From: Patescibacteria group bacterium
GTDB lineage: Bacteria > Patescibacteriota > Patescibacteriia > JAHIZJ01
DNA: 64,000 bases
Reading direction: 5' to 3'
NCBI GenBank assembly: GCA_028714495.1
Contig: JAQTMH010000001.1
Coordinates: 179,814-243,813, forward strand
Every line of letters begins with the position of its first letter. Within the stretch, counting starts at the first letter, position 1. Under the pieces are notes generated by a model that was given only the letters and a program-made list of their open reading frames with translations, was not told the DNA's origin and ran no database searches. This document shows, piece by piece, positions 41,937-50,776 of this stretch. A program made the translations under genes and the position numbers.

Positions 41937-42240
41937 TAGTGAGCATGCCCCGGATTATCCCCGATTAAATCGGGGACGGGGGACCCCCTGCCTTATAGCG
42001 ACGCTTCTGATATTATGGAAAGGTGTTGTAGCGTCGATATATCGATGACCTACCTATTTATTCACATTCTCATGGTGGGCATGGATGGATTTGAACCATC
42101 GACCCCCGTCTTATAAGGGCGGTGCTCTAACCGCTGAGCTACATGCCCACCATGAGAATTAAATTGTATAGGTCATCGCTATAAGGGCGGTGTCCCGATC
42201 GGCTTGGCCGCGTCAAGACTGCCTACCCCAAAATATGCCC
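41937..42240 (-). pseudogene. outer split tRNA-Ile(TAT) relic
   Basis: GGGCATA at 42240, CACCGCCCTTATA at 42192-42180, TATAAGGCAGGGGGTCC at 41997-41981, CATGCTCACTA at 41947-41937. Confidence 0.65.
42073..42148 (-). tRNA. tRNA-Ile(TAT)
   Basis: GGGCATG acceptor as in tRNA-Ile(GAT); loop CTTATAA; one C:A mismatch in the anticodon stem; CCA. Confidence 0.88.
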
Positions 42241-42273
42241 TAACTTTCCGCCAAATATATTCAATTTCTGTGG

Positions 42274-43260
42274 CTATCTTACTCCTGGCTGAGATTTCCG
42301 TCCAGCCAGACGTTCTGCCCACATTATTATTTTGCTCAACTTTTTTCCTTGGTCCAGTTTGAGAAAAAACAGTACCCAGGCGCTAAATTGAAAAGACGAG
42401 AGAACAGAGCCAACGAATACCGTAACCAGAAGAATAATAGCCGTCAGGACGTAGAGCAAAACATTGCTGGCGCCGGCCATACCCTGACTTAAAATCACAA
42501 CCAGGAGAAGGAACGGAACAGAAACTATTACCAGTACAATTATCAAACCGAGGCTGACAATAAAATTAATAACGAATATTATTACGGCCATCTCGATACT
42601 GGCCAGCCAATTTTTTATAAAAAGCTTCCAGCCTGACCGCACTGCCTCAGTCAGAGTTTGGCCCCGGGCGACCACGTAGCAAGCCGCGTATTTTGCCACA
42701 AAGCCAATAATCAAGCTAACGGCGAATGAAAGTAAAATCATTATCACGCTGACCACCACTCCAATAACCCCAAAAGCCACCAGCGAGGCGACCAAACCAG
42801 TCAGGATCAAGAAAATATAGTCAGCGATTTTCGCCAAAAGATAGACAATAAGGTTTTTCCAAAAATGTTTCTGGCCGATGGCAAAGGCTTGATTATACGC
42901 AACCGCCTTGCCGTTTTCAGCCTGGATCGTACTGTGGATTATCCCGCCCACCGAAATTACCGTCAGCCAAACCACTAGGATTAAAAGTAAAACAAACACC
43001 AGCATGACCACCACCGCGGTCAATGTGGTCGAGCTCACCAGTCCCCAGGCATCGGAAAATATTCCGCCAAAACCGCTTTTAAAAAGCTCACGCCAGCTGT
43101 CTAGAGATAGGGAACCCTCGGTTTGAAGATAATAATTCCTGATAAGAGTCTCAACCTCCTGGCCAATCCAGACCAGAAACAATCCAAAAAACCACAAAAA
43201 TTTATTGCGCCAAATGATTCTCCAGGCTTTTTTAATAATGTCGTTGTAAATGGAAACCAT
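42274..43260 (-). CDS. polytopic membrane protein of unknown function
   Basis: AW.I.W.NKFLW.FG N-terminus, multiple TM. Confidence 0.8.
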   Translation of the reverse strand: MVSIYNDIIKKAWRIIWRNKFLWFFGLFLVWIGQEVETLIRNYYLQTEGSLSLDSWRELFKSGFGGIFSDAWGLVSSTTLTAVVVMLVFVLLLILVVWLTVISVGGIIHSTIQAENGKAVAYNQAFAIGQKHFWKNLIVYLLAKIADYIFLILTGLVASLVAFGVIGVVVSVIMILLSFAVSLIIGFVAKYAACYVVARGQTLTEAVRSGWKLFIKNWLASIEMAVIIFVINFIVSLGLIIVLVIVSVPFLLLVVILSQGMAGASNVLLYVLTAIILLVTVFVGSVLSSFQFSAWVLFFLKLDQGKKLSKIIMWAERLAGRKSQPGVR

Positions 43261-43317
43261 ATTTTTTCCTCCTGTTTATCCCTTAAGACTCGGTCTAAAC
43301 CAAAATCCTTCGGGTTT

Positions 43318-45144
43318 TTATGCTAAAGGTTTTTTATCAAAGAGGGCGTTAAACTCCGCTTGTTCAATCGTCTCTTTCTTGAGCAATAAACCAGCCAGCT
43401 GTTCGATTTTCGGTTTCATCTGAATAATGATTTTTTGGGCTCTGACATAGCACTGGCGAATTATTTTATTAACTTCGCGGTCGATTTGTGTAGCCGTAGC
43501 GTCGCCGTAATCCTGCTGCTCATGGATTTCCCGGCCCAGAAAAATCATTTCCTCGTGCTCGCCATAAGTGCGCGGACCGAGAGTGTCGCTCATGCCATAA
43601 CGGGTTACCAGCTTCCGGGTCAACTGAGTAGCTTCTTTCAGATCATTGCTGGCTCCGGTCGTAACCTCATTAAAAATATATTTCTCCACGGCGTGGCCAG
43701 CCAATAATACTGAGATTTCATCTATAAAATACGAACGAGAATGAAGATGTCTGTCTTCGGTCGGAAGCTTCAGGGTGTAACCGGCGGCGCTGCCCCGCGA
43801 CATGATCGAAACTTTTCGGATTGGATCGGCGTGCGGTGAAAAATGAGCCACAATGGCGTGGCCAGCCTCGTGAAAGGCCGCGATTTTTTTCTCCGTTTGA
43901 TTGAGTATATGGCTTTTGCGTTCCGGGCCCAGTAAAACCTTATCAATGCTTTCAAGGCATTCATCCATCGTCACTTTCTTTTTATTCCGCCGGGCGGTTA
44001 AAATCGCCGCCTCATTCAGCAAATTAGACAAATCAGCTCCGGAAAAACCCGGCGTCCGTTCAGCCAAGCTGCGCAAGTCAATATCCGGGGCCAGGGGCTT
44101 GCCCAGGGCGTGGACTTTGAGAATCGCCTCTCGGTCGCCGATATCCGGAAGATCAAGCATCACGCGGCGGTCAAAACGACCGGGCCTGAGCAAGGCCGGA
44201 TCGAGAACATCAGGCCGGTTCGTAGCCGCCATCACAATCACGTTTGTGTCAGTGTCAAAACCGTCCATCTCAACCAAAATTTGGTTCAGGGTCTGTTCGC
44301 GCTCGTCGTGCGAGCCGCCCAAACCCGAGCCGCGCTGCCGGCCAACCGCGTCTATCTCATCGATAAAGATTATGCAGGGCGCGGTTTTCTTTGCCCGCTT
44401 GAATAAATCGCGGACGCGTGAAGCGCCGACACCAACGAACATTTCGACAAACTCCGAGCCGGAAATATGAAAAAAGGGCACGTTGGCTTCACCGGCCACG
44501 GCTCTAGCCAATAATGTTTTTCCGGTTCCCGGCGGTCCGATCAGCAAAACGCCCTTGGGAATCCTAGCGCCCAGGGAAAGAAACCGCCGCGGCGTTTTAA
44601 GGAATTCAACGACTTCGGCTAATTCTTCCTTGGCTTCCTTAACGCCAGCCACGTCTTTAAACAAAATTCGGTTCTTAATATTGTTCTGATTTTCTCGGGC
44701 GCGGCTTTGGCCAAAAGTCATGGCCCGGTTGTTGCTTCCCTGAACCTGCCGCAACATGAAATAAATAAACCCGCCAATCAGCAAAAATGGCAGAAGAAAA
44801 GGCAGCAGCGTGCCCAGCCAGAAAGAAGTGCTGGAATCCGGCCTGACCTCGACATTCAAGCCTTTGATCTTTTCTTCAGCCACACCATAATTTTTCAAAA
44901 GGTCGCTTAAGGATTCAGTTGTCTCCTTATTGGCCGTTTGTTTTGTTCCATCATTGAGGCTGATATTGAGCTTGCTGCCTTCGACAATTATTTGTTTAAC
45001 GTCGGATTTTTCAATCTCTTGAACTAGCTGATTCAGGCTTACGACACCGACTTTTTGAGTTGTCGCTTGGTACAAACTGAACAAGCCCCCTACTAGCAAG
45101 AAGATTATTACAAAGACAATAAAGTTTTTTAGAGTTTTACTCAT
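43318..45144 (-). CDS. ftsH: ATP-dependent zinc metalloprotease FtsH
   Basis: [31 protein letters not shown]. Confidence 0.98.
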   Translation of the reverse strand: MSKTLKNFIVFVIIFLLVGGLFSLYQATTQKVGVVSLNQLVQEIEKSDVKQIIVEGSKLNISLNDGTKQTANKETTESLSDLLKNYGVAEEKIKGLNVEVRPDSSTSFWLGTLLPFLLPFLLIGGFIYFMLRQVQGSNNRAMTFGQSRARENQNNIKNRILFKDVAGVKEAKEELAEVVEFLKTPRRFLSLGARIPKGVLLIGPPGTGKTLLARAVAGEANVPFFHISGSEFVEMFVGVGASRVRDLFKRAKKTAPCIIFIDEIDAVGRQRGSGLGGSHDEREQTLNQILVEMDGFDTDTNVIVMAATNRPDVLDPALLRPGRFDRRVMLDLPDIGDREAILKVHALGKPLAPDIDLRSLAERTPGFSGADLSNLLNEAAILTARRNKKKVTMDECLESIDKVLLGPERKSHILNQTEKKIAAFHEAGHAIVAHFSPHADPIRKVSIMSRGSAAGYTLKLPTEDRHLHSRSYFIDEISVLLAGHAVEKYIFNEVTTGASNDLKEATQLTRKLVTRYGMSDTLGPRTYGEHEEMIFLGREIHEQQDYGDATATQIDREVNKIIRQCYVRAQKIIIQMKPKIEQLAGLLLKKETIEQAEFNALFDKKPLA

Positions 45145-45269
45145 TGTTTGGTTAAGCTAAGCTAATATATTATAAATGAATTTAGGACTTTTGGCAAATT
45201 TACGCAACAACCGGCTAGCCTGTGTGGCTCCAGGATTTTTTTAGTCTTTGGTTATATCTAATCTCTAAT

Positions 45270-46520
45270 TTAAGCGGCTGGCTGATCAGTGGGGGCCGGC
45301 TTTTCACCGGTAGCATCACCGGTTTCCCCTTTTTCGGCCTCAGGTAAATTTTCAGCAGTTGATGGTTCGGGCTTTTTCTCTTCTGCCTTGGGGCTAGCTG
45401 GTTCTTCTAAGGCTTTAATCGACAGCCCCAGGCGGTGATTGTCTGGTTCAATCGACAGAATTTTGAAATCGCGCACTTCTCCTTCTTTGACAATGTCTCC
45501 AGGGTGGCGGACAAGTTTTGAAGAAAGTTCCGATATATGCGCTAGCCCATGGATATCTTTATCCAGTTCGACAAACACGCCAAAGGGATTAAGCTTTAAC
45601 ACCTGACCTTTAACTACCTGACCGACCTTGTATTTATTAATCGCTTTTCTCCAGGGATCCTCCAGCAATTGCTTCAAACTTAGAGATATCCGGGCGTTAT
45701 CCAGGCTGATTATTTTCGCTTTTACCTTATCGCCGACTTTAATAATGTCCCGCGGGTCATCAATTCTCTGCCAGGCTAACTCCGATATGTGAACCAGGCC
45801 CTCGAGCCCGTCGCCGAATTCCACGAACGCTCCAAAATCAACCACGCCCGTAACCTTGCCTTCGACGATCTCTCCCAGCTTGTATTTTCCAATGGCTTCT
45901 TTCTGTTTTTCCTCCCAAGCCATTTTTTCGGAAACGATCAATTTTTCCTCGGCTTCATCAACATCAATTACCCGAACGCGGAAGTTCTGGCTAATGTATT
46001 GATTCAGCCTTTCCAAGATTTTATCTTTGTCGCCGCCCTCGACGCGCGGATAGTGCTCGACGGTCAGCTGGGAAACCGGTAAAAAACCGGCCACCCGTCC
46101 GACTTTTATCATCAAGCCGCCGCGGTTGGCCTCCGTGATCTCGGCGTCGACAATCTGTTTATCGCCCATCAGCTTGATTAGATTGTCCCAGGCTTTCTTG
46201 TGGCCGGCCTGACGGAAAGAAAGTTCCATCACGCCCTTCTCGTTTTCCAATTCCAGCACCGTGGCTTGGACCGTATCGCCTACCTTGACGTCAGTGTACT
46301 CCCCCGATTCATCGAAAAGCTCCCGGCCGCGCACCAGCCCGCTGCTTAAACCCTCAATGTCAACATGCGCCTCGTTTTTTGAGACGCTTAGGACTTTTCC
46401 CTCGATAATATCCCCGACTCGGGGTATTTTCATCAGCCCCTGCTCATCCAAAAGCTTCTCCATCTCTGAGGGGGGGGTAGGGGCAGCTTCGATATCCTTA
46501 TCTTTCTTAGCTGTTTTCAT
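45270..46520 (-). CDS. rpsA: 30S ribosomal protein S1 (four S1 domains)
   Basis: GFLPVSQL, FGAFV...GLEGLVHISEL repeats. Confidence 0.93.
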   Translation of the reverse strand: MKTAKKDKDIEAAPTPPSEMEKLLDEQGLMKIPRVGDIIEGKVLSVSKNEAHVDIEGLSSGLVRGRELFDESGEYTDVKVGDTVQATVLELENEKGVMELSFRQAGHKKAWDNLIKLMGDKQIVDAEITEANRGGLMIKVGRVAGFLPVSQLTVEHYPRVEGGDKDKILERLNQYISQNFRVRVIDVDEAEEKLIVSEKMAWEEKQKEAIGKYKLGEIVEGKVTGVVDFGAFVEFGDGLEGLVHISELAWQRIDDPRDIIKVGDKVKAKIISLDNARISLSLKQLLEDPWRKAINKYKVGQVVKGQVLKLNPFGVFVELDKDIHGLAHISELSSKLVRHPGDIVKEGEVRDFKILSIEPDNHRLGLSIKALEEPASPKAEEKKPEPSTAENLPEAEKGETGDATGEKPAPTDQPAA

Positions 46521-46650
46521 AATGTTTTGGTTAATTATTAGGCATCAAAAAAACAGGCTTATTAAGAATTATAGGGCAAGTGGATTTTTTTGGCAAGAGT
46601 TCGGACCAACAACCTTTGACAAATACAACTTTTTGTGTTATGATGTAAAT

Positions 46651-47325
46651 ATGAAGTTACCTCAAGGCAGAATTAGTAGGCAAGCTCTAAACAACGCCAT
46701 TAAACCATTGGCCAAGGGCGGCATGTGGAATGTTAATCGTGCTTTGAAAAAAGAAGGGCTTGGTTATAAAAATAAACCTTCGGTTGCTTTGCATGACGTA
46801 AAAAGGATTGCCAAAGCTCTTCATCAAGGAAGAGGCAAATTTACCCTAAAAACTGACTGGCGGAAAACTACTCTGGTCGATCGAGTGAAACAAGCGCAAA
46901 AAGGCCTGAACGAACCAGCAAAATCCAGCCAGCCCAAACCGCAAGAAACCAACCAGGCTCTCGAAGCTAGGCTCAAACGAGCTAGAAATATTACCGGCAT
47001 GGATCGATATCAAAGCATCGGCGATTTCCGTCGCCACAAAGCGACAGACGCGCAAATAAAATCAGCCCAAGCCACGGCTGGCAGCCAAGTAAAAAAACCT
47101 TCTTTTGGGCGTCCAGCTGTGGTACCTACCAGCGTCGGCGGAATCCGCCCTGAAGAAATCTCACCAAAACGCGCCCATTCAATTGAAGCTCCCGAGGCTA
47201 GGAATGAAAATCCTATTCCAAAGCCTCCCGCGGAAAAAGATAGGTCAGCCGAGAATAACAAGAAAGATACTGAAAAGCCACTCAAAGATAGTGGCAATCT
47301 GCCTGACGATATGGCAATCGATTAA
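46651..47325 (+). CDS. basic hypothetical protein
   Basis: ATG at 46651 after TTGACA..TATGAT; low-complexity C-terminus ending DDMAID. Confidence 0.65.
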   Translation: MKLPQGRISRQALNNAIKPLAKGGMWNVNRALKKEGLGYKNKPSVALHDVKRIAKALHQGRGKFTLKTDWRKTTLVDRVKQAQKGLNEPAKSSQPKPQETNQALEARLKRARNITGMDRYQSIGDFRRHKATDAQIKSAQATAGSQVKKPSFGRPAVVPTSVGGIRPEEISPKRAHSIEAPEARNENPIPKPPAEKDRSAENNKKDTEKPLKDSGNLPDDMAID

Positions 47326-47418
47326 ATTTCATAAAAATAAAAAACAGTGTGATATTTATACGCTGTTTTTTTATTAAAAGAAAAGGGGGTGGCCAAAAGT
47401 CACCCCACACGCGCGAAG

Positions 47419-48534
47419 TTATCGAAACATGGCCTTCAAGCTGCCCCAGGAGCAATGTTCAACCGGCGTCTGATCAGCCGGGAAAGCGCCGATCAGCTCA
47501 TCAACGCAGCCAGTCGGATGGTTGCCTGACTGGCACGGCGATGTGGCTGACAAACGGTAACCGCCCGATGCCCGGTCAGAGAATTCAGGGTCCAGGGAGA
47601 AATTGCCGCCAGCGTCAATCCCGCACATCTCATCTCCAAAAGTGTGGCCGAAGATATCGCAGCACTGGAACGAACTGCCGCTGTCACAAACGCAACATAC
47701 GGCCGGACCGATGCCATAAGCCAGGATTGAGCAGTAGAAAGACACATAGCCCAAGCAGGTGATGTAAAATGAAGCCCCACGCTCAGCTTCGTTATCAGAC
47801 ACGGTGCAGTTGTTGAACACGGCTTGAGTATTGCTCGCCCAGATGCCGCCACCGCCCGATGAACACGTATTGTGATCGATCAAACAGCGGGTAAAGGTCG
47901 GGTCGCCACCGCTGTCAACGCAAGCAACACCTCCTCCGCCAACGTGGGCTATATTCTCAGAGAACCGACAGTCCTCAAACACCGAATTTGATCCGGCACA
48001 GTAGAGGCCGCCGCCGTAGTAGTCTGCCTGGTTGCCCGCAAAGACGCAATCTGAGAAGTGATTCGCTCCCCCGGATATTGATACGCCTCCGCCTCTGCAT
48101 CCAACGTTGTTGGTGATAATGTCGTTGACGAATTCAATTTCCGAGTAAGCACAGCTAATGCCGGCTCCATCACGCATGGACAGAAGACCCCCCCTGATGG
48201 TAAAGCCTTCAATCCGAGTCCCTGAATCACAAGAATCAGCCAGTATGACCCGACCCAGACTCTGGGCATCAATGATCGTGGTTTCTGGCCCGGCTTCGCT
48301 GATCAGAGAGACTCCACTCTTCATCACTACGCAGTGGTATATAACACCATACTGATCTCCAATTTCATGAACGCAGTCAGTATAGGTACCAGGACCCACG
48401 CTGACCACATCCCCGGCTTCGGCCACGTCAATCGCCGCCTGAATCGTAGCGTACTGATCCGGCACAGAATAGGTTTCAGCCAGACCGACACCAGCCATCG
48501 AAAAAACACACAGCGCAACAATCAACGTCCTCAT
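47419..48534 (-). CDS. secreted right-handed beta-helix protein with C-terminal SWGSLKAMFR motif
   Basis: signal peptide; VP.QY.TIQAAID, GPGTY, repeated N.A..GGG..C; AAGGAGG Shine-Dalgarno. Confidence 0.88.
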   Translation of the reverse strand: MRTLIVALCVFSMAGVGLAETYSVPDQYATIQAAIDVAEAGDVVSVGPGTYTDCVHEIGDQYGVIYHCVVMKSGVSLISEAGPETTIIDAQSLGRVILADSCDSGTRIEGFTIRGGLLSMRDGAGISCAYSEIEFVNDIITNNVGCRGGGVSISGGANHFSDCVFAGNQADYYGGGLYCAGSNSVFEDCRFSENIAHVGGGGVACVDSGGDPTFTRCLIDHNTCSSGGGGIWASNTQAVFNNCTVSDNEAERGASFYITCLGYVSFYCSILAYGIGPAVCCVCDSGSSFQCCDIFGHTFGDEMCGIDAGGNFSLDPEFSDRASGGYRLSATSPCQSGNHPTGCVDELIGAFPADQTPVEHCSWGSLKAMFR

Positions 48535-48715
48535 TTCTCTACCCTCCTTCTTGGCTTTTTTGGCCCAGATTTATCAAAGAACAAGGTCCTTTCCCAGTAA
48601 TTTGACCTTAGGCCGATTAGTTTAAAATGTCAATATAAAAACAAAACAACGGGGGTTAATAATCCCTGTCGTCTTTATTTAGTGTACCTCTTCCACTATC
48701 TAAGCGTTTATTGAC

Positions 48716-48759
48716 TGGAGCGGGAGACCCCGCCGCTCGCGAGCGGCGGGGCGACCTCT
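48716..48759 (-). pseudogene. duplicate tRNA-Gly(GCC) 3' part with the T-arm replaced by a 24-bp perfect palindrome
   Basis: + strand TGGAGCGGGAGAC[CCCGCCGCTCGCGAGCGGCGGG]GCGACCTCT versus intact ...GAC[GGGATTCGCACCC]GCGACCTCT. Confidence 0.8.
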
Positions 48760-48833
48760 ATAACAATTTGGCGGAAGAGGTCGCACCTATATCGAATAAC
48801 AAAAACACCCGGTATAACCGAGATGTCTTTGAC

Positions 48834-48908
48834 TGGAGCGGGAGACGGGATTCGCACCCGCGACCTCTTCCTTGGCAAGGAAGCATTCTACTACTGAACT
48901 ACTCCCGC
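48834..48908 (-). tRNA. tRNA-Gly(GCC)
   Basis: CTTCC-TTGCCAA-GGAAG; CCA; T-loop TGCGAAT. Confidence 0.92.
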
Positions 48909-48996
48909 AAGTGTCGTGGATAAACGCGAAGGTGGGTTGGCAAGTAAACATCAAACTATGCTGCCCGGCATACCCGACTAGATCAGGAACCGGGGG

Positions 48997-49205
48997 GAAC
49001 CGCCGTATAGGGGTTTTGTCCCGCAGCCCACGCTTTGGAGGCCAGGAGGGGAATCGAACCCCTGTATAAGGGTTTTGCAGACCCTCGCCTTACCGCTTGG
49101 CTACCTGGCCATCAGCTTCCAAAGCGTGGGAACGGGATCCCGCCTTCATTATACTGTATAAAGGTGGCGGGACAGACCGCCGCCTTGCTACTTGGCTACC
49201 ACGCC
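48997..49205 (-). pseudogene. outer split tRNA-Cys relic enclosing the intact tRNA-Cys
   Basis: GGCGTGGTAGCCAAGTAGCAAGGCGGCGGTCTG (49205-49173) | 154-bp insert | CAAAACCCCTATACGGCGGTTC (49018-48997). Confidence 0.8.
49036..49110 (-). tRNA. tRNA-Cys(GCA)
   Basis: AGGGT-CTGCAAA-ACCCT; U73; CCA. Confidence 0.96.
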
Positions 49206-49278
49206 AGATTACTGCGCTTTTACAACTATACCAAAAATTTAAAGAGGTGGTCAACGCCACTGCCACTAATTTAATCGG

Positions 49279-49791
49279 TTATAAAACCTCGATTTTCAGT
49301 ACCTTTACACCCCACTGCTTGGCCTCGGCCTTGCTCGGCATCCATATGTCAAAATGGTATTGGCTGGCGCCAGCACGCAGTCTGTCTTGAACGATAAAGG
49401 TTTTATTACCCGTTGTTCCAGGAATTCTGACTTTTGATCCGAAAGGTAAATAATTATAGGCAACAACTCCGGCATGGGTTTTTGAGCCTGAAGCAGTTGT
49501 AAATGGATCACCATCAGTTTCATCTATCGAGCTTGAATAAGCCGTAACCGTAGCGATGATAGTTTTCTTCACCGGCCGGTCCGGTACCTCAGGCAAACGT
49601 TCACAGGTCAATAAGCTAGAATTATTACCAGTCAATCTCAAATCCCTATAGATTGCCTCATGGGCATCAACTGTGATTGTCCGAATGCCATAAGCTGTCG
49701 TTTGCTGGGGGTAGATAAATTCAATCAAACCAAAGAATATCGCTATCGATGCAACTTTGCGTCTGGCCTTCAATTCTTTCAAATAAGACAT
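49279..49791 (-). CDS. 3D-domain protein
   Basis: VTAYSS..DETD.DPF.TASG, LPFG.KV.IP, V.DR, FDIW. Confidence 0.88.
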   Translation of the reverse strand: MSYLKELKARRKVASIAIFFGLIEFIYPQQTTAYGIRTITVDAHEAIYRDLRLTGNNSSLLTCERLPEVPDRPVKKTIIATVTAYSSSIDETDGDPFTTASGSKTHAGVVAYNYLPFGSKVRIPGTTGNKTFIVQDRLRAGASQYHFDIWMPSKAEAKQWGVKVLKIEVL

Positions 49792-49972
49792 ATTTTAAGC
49801 CTTTATTAATAATGTTTGACAAATTAAAAAAATCCTGGCATTACAGGATTTTTTGGCTACTGGCAGCATCCTAGCACAACTCTAAAATGCTGTCAATGGT
49901 GTTTTACGACACCTTAAAATGACTCACTATTTTCAGTAATTTTTAGGGTGATCTTTTGTATCCTAATTTATC

Positions 49973-50164
49973 TTAAGGCTTGAGCGAAATCGCCTGATAC
50001 GGGCAACTGTCTGCCGCGGCCTGGCAGTCACAACCAGCCTCTTCGCAAGTTCCTTTGGCGATTACTTGTGATTTGCCGCTATCATCCAGGGCGAAGACGT
50101 TCGGGCAAAGAGCAACGCAAGTACCGCAGCCCTGGCACTTTTCTTTATCAACAGTTGGTTTCAT
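49973..50164 (-). CDS. monocluster ferredoxin
   Basis: CQGCGTC...CP.VF ... CP..AI. Confidence 0.92.
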   Translation of the reverse strand: MKPTVDKEKCQGCGTCVALCPNVFALDDSGKSQVIAKGTCEEAGCDCQAAADSCPYQAISLKP

Positions 50165-50182
50165 TTTTTAGGATTTTTATTA

Positions 50183-50764
50183 TTAATTTTTTATCTTTCT
50201 AAGATCAGCACCGAGGCTGGCTCGAGTTACCTTTCGTCCAAGCTTTAAGCGGAGATACTCCCCGATTAAGAAACCTACCGGAACCAAAACCACATTACCG
50301 ATAAGCTGAGGTTTCAGGAAAGGCAGGCCCATGTAGTAGCAATAAAGAAGCCCATTCAAGCTTTTTTCATACCAAGGGGTAATCAGCCAGACTCCGAAAT
50401 TGGTATAGAGGTAGAAGAACAGGGAAAACGCCAAACCAGAGCCCAAACCCGCAAGAACAATTTTCTTGTTCAGTCCCATGAGCCTCAAACCCAGCCCCAA
50501 GCCACCTCCAATCAGATAGGCTGACCAGGTAAAAACGAAGATACTCGTGTTTCCGATGGCCATGTCCGAGCCTACCATTATTCCCAGTGGCACCGCGAAG
50601 GCATAAATTCCGCCCAGAAAAAAACCGGCGACTAGGGACAAGGTCGTGACCAGCTCAACATTCGGCGCGATGTGAAAAACCGTCCGACTACAAATACCAA
50701 TTATGATTAATCCAACGGCTAGAACCGCCTTGCGTCCGAGATAGGACAATATTTTTTCTCTCAT
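50183..50764 (-). CDS. ECF S-component-like membrane protein (DUF6580-like), probable cobalamin uptake
   Basis: PN.E, SD, F...TNFGVW, Y.....GL..CY..GLPF; riboswitch-controlled. Confidence 0.75.
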   Translation of the reverse strand: MREKILSYLGRKAVLAVGLIIIGICSRTVFHIAPNVELVTTLSLVAGFFLGGIYAFAVPLGIMVGSDMAIGNTSIFVFTWSAYLIGGGLGLGLRLMGLNKKIVLAGLGSGLAFSLFFYLYTNFGVWLITPWYEKSLNGLLYCYYMGLPFLKPQLIGNVVLVPVGFLIGEYLRLKLGRKVTRASLGADLRKIKN

Positions 50765-50776
50765 GCTTTTTAAGGT

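Noticed and set aside
46261-46650. N-terminal extension of the 354-aa ORF
   Set aside because: It is antisense to rpsA. The likely start is the ATG at 46651 after a TTGACA/TATGAT promoter-like pair.
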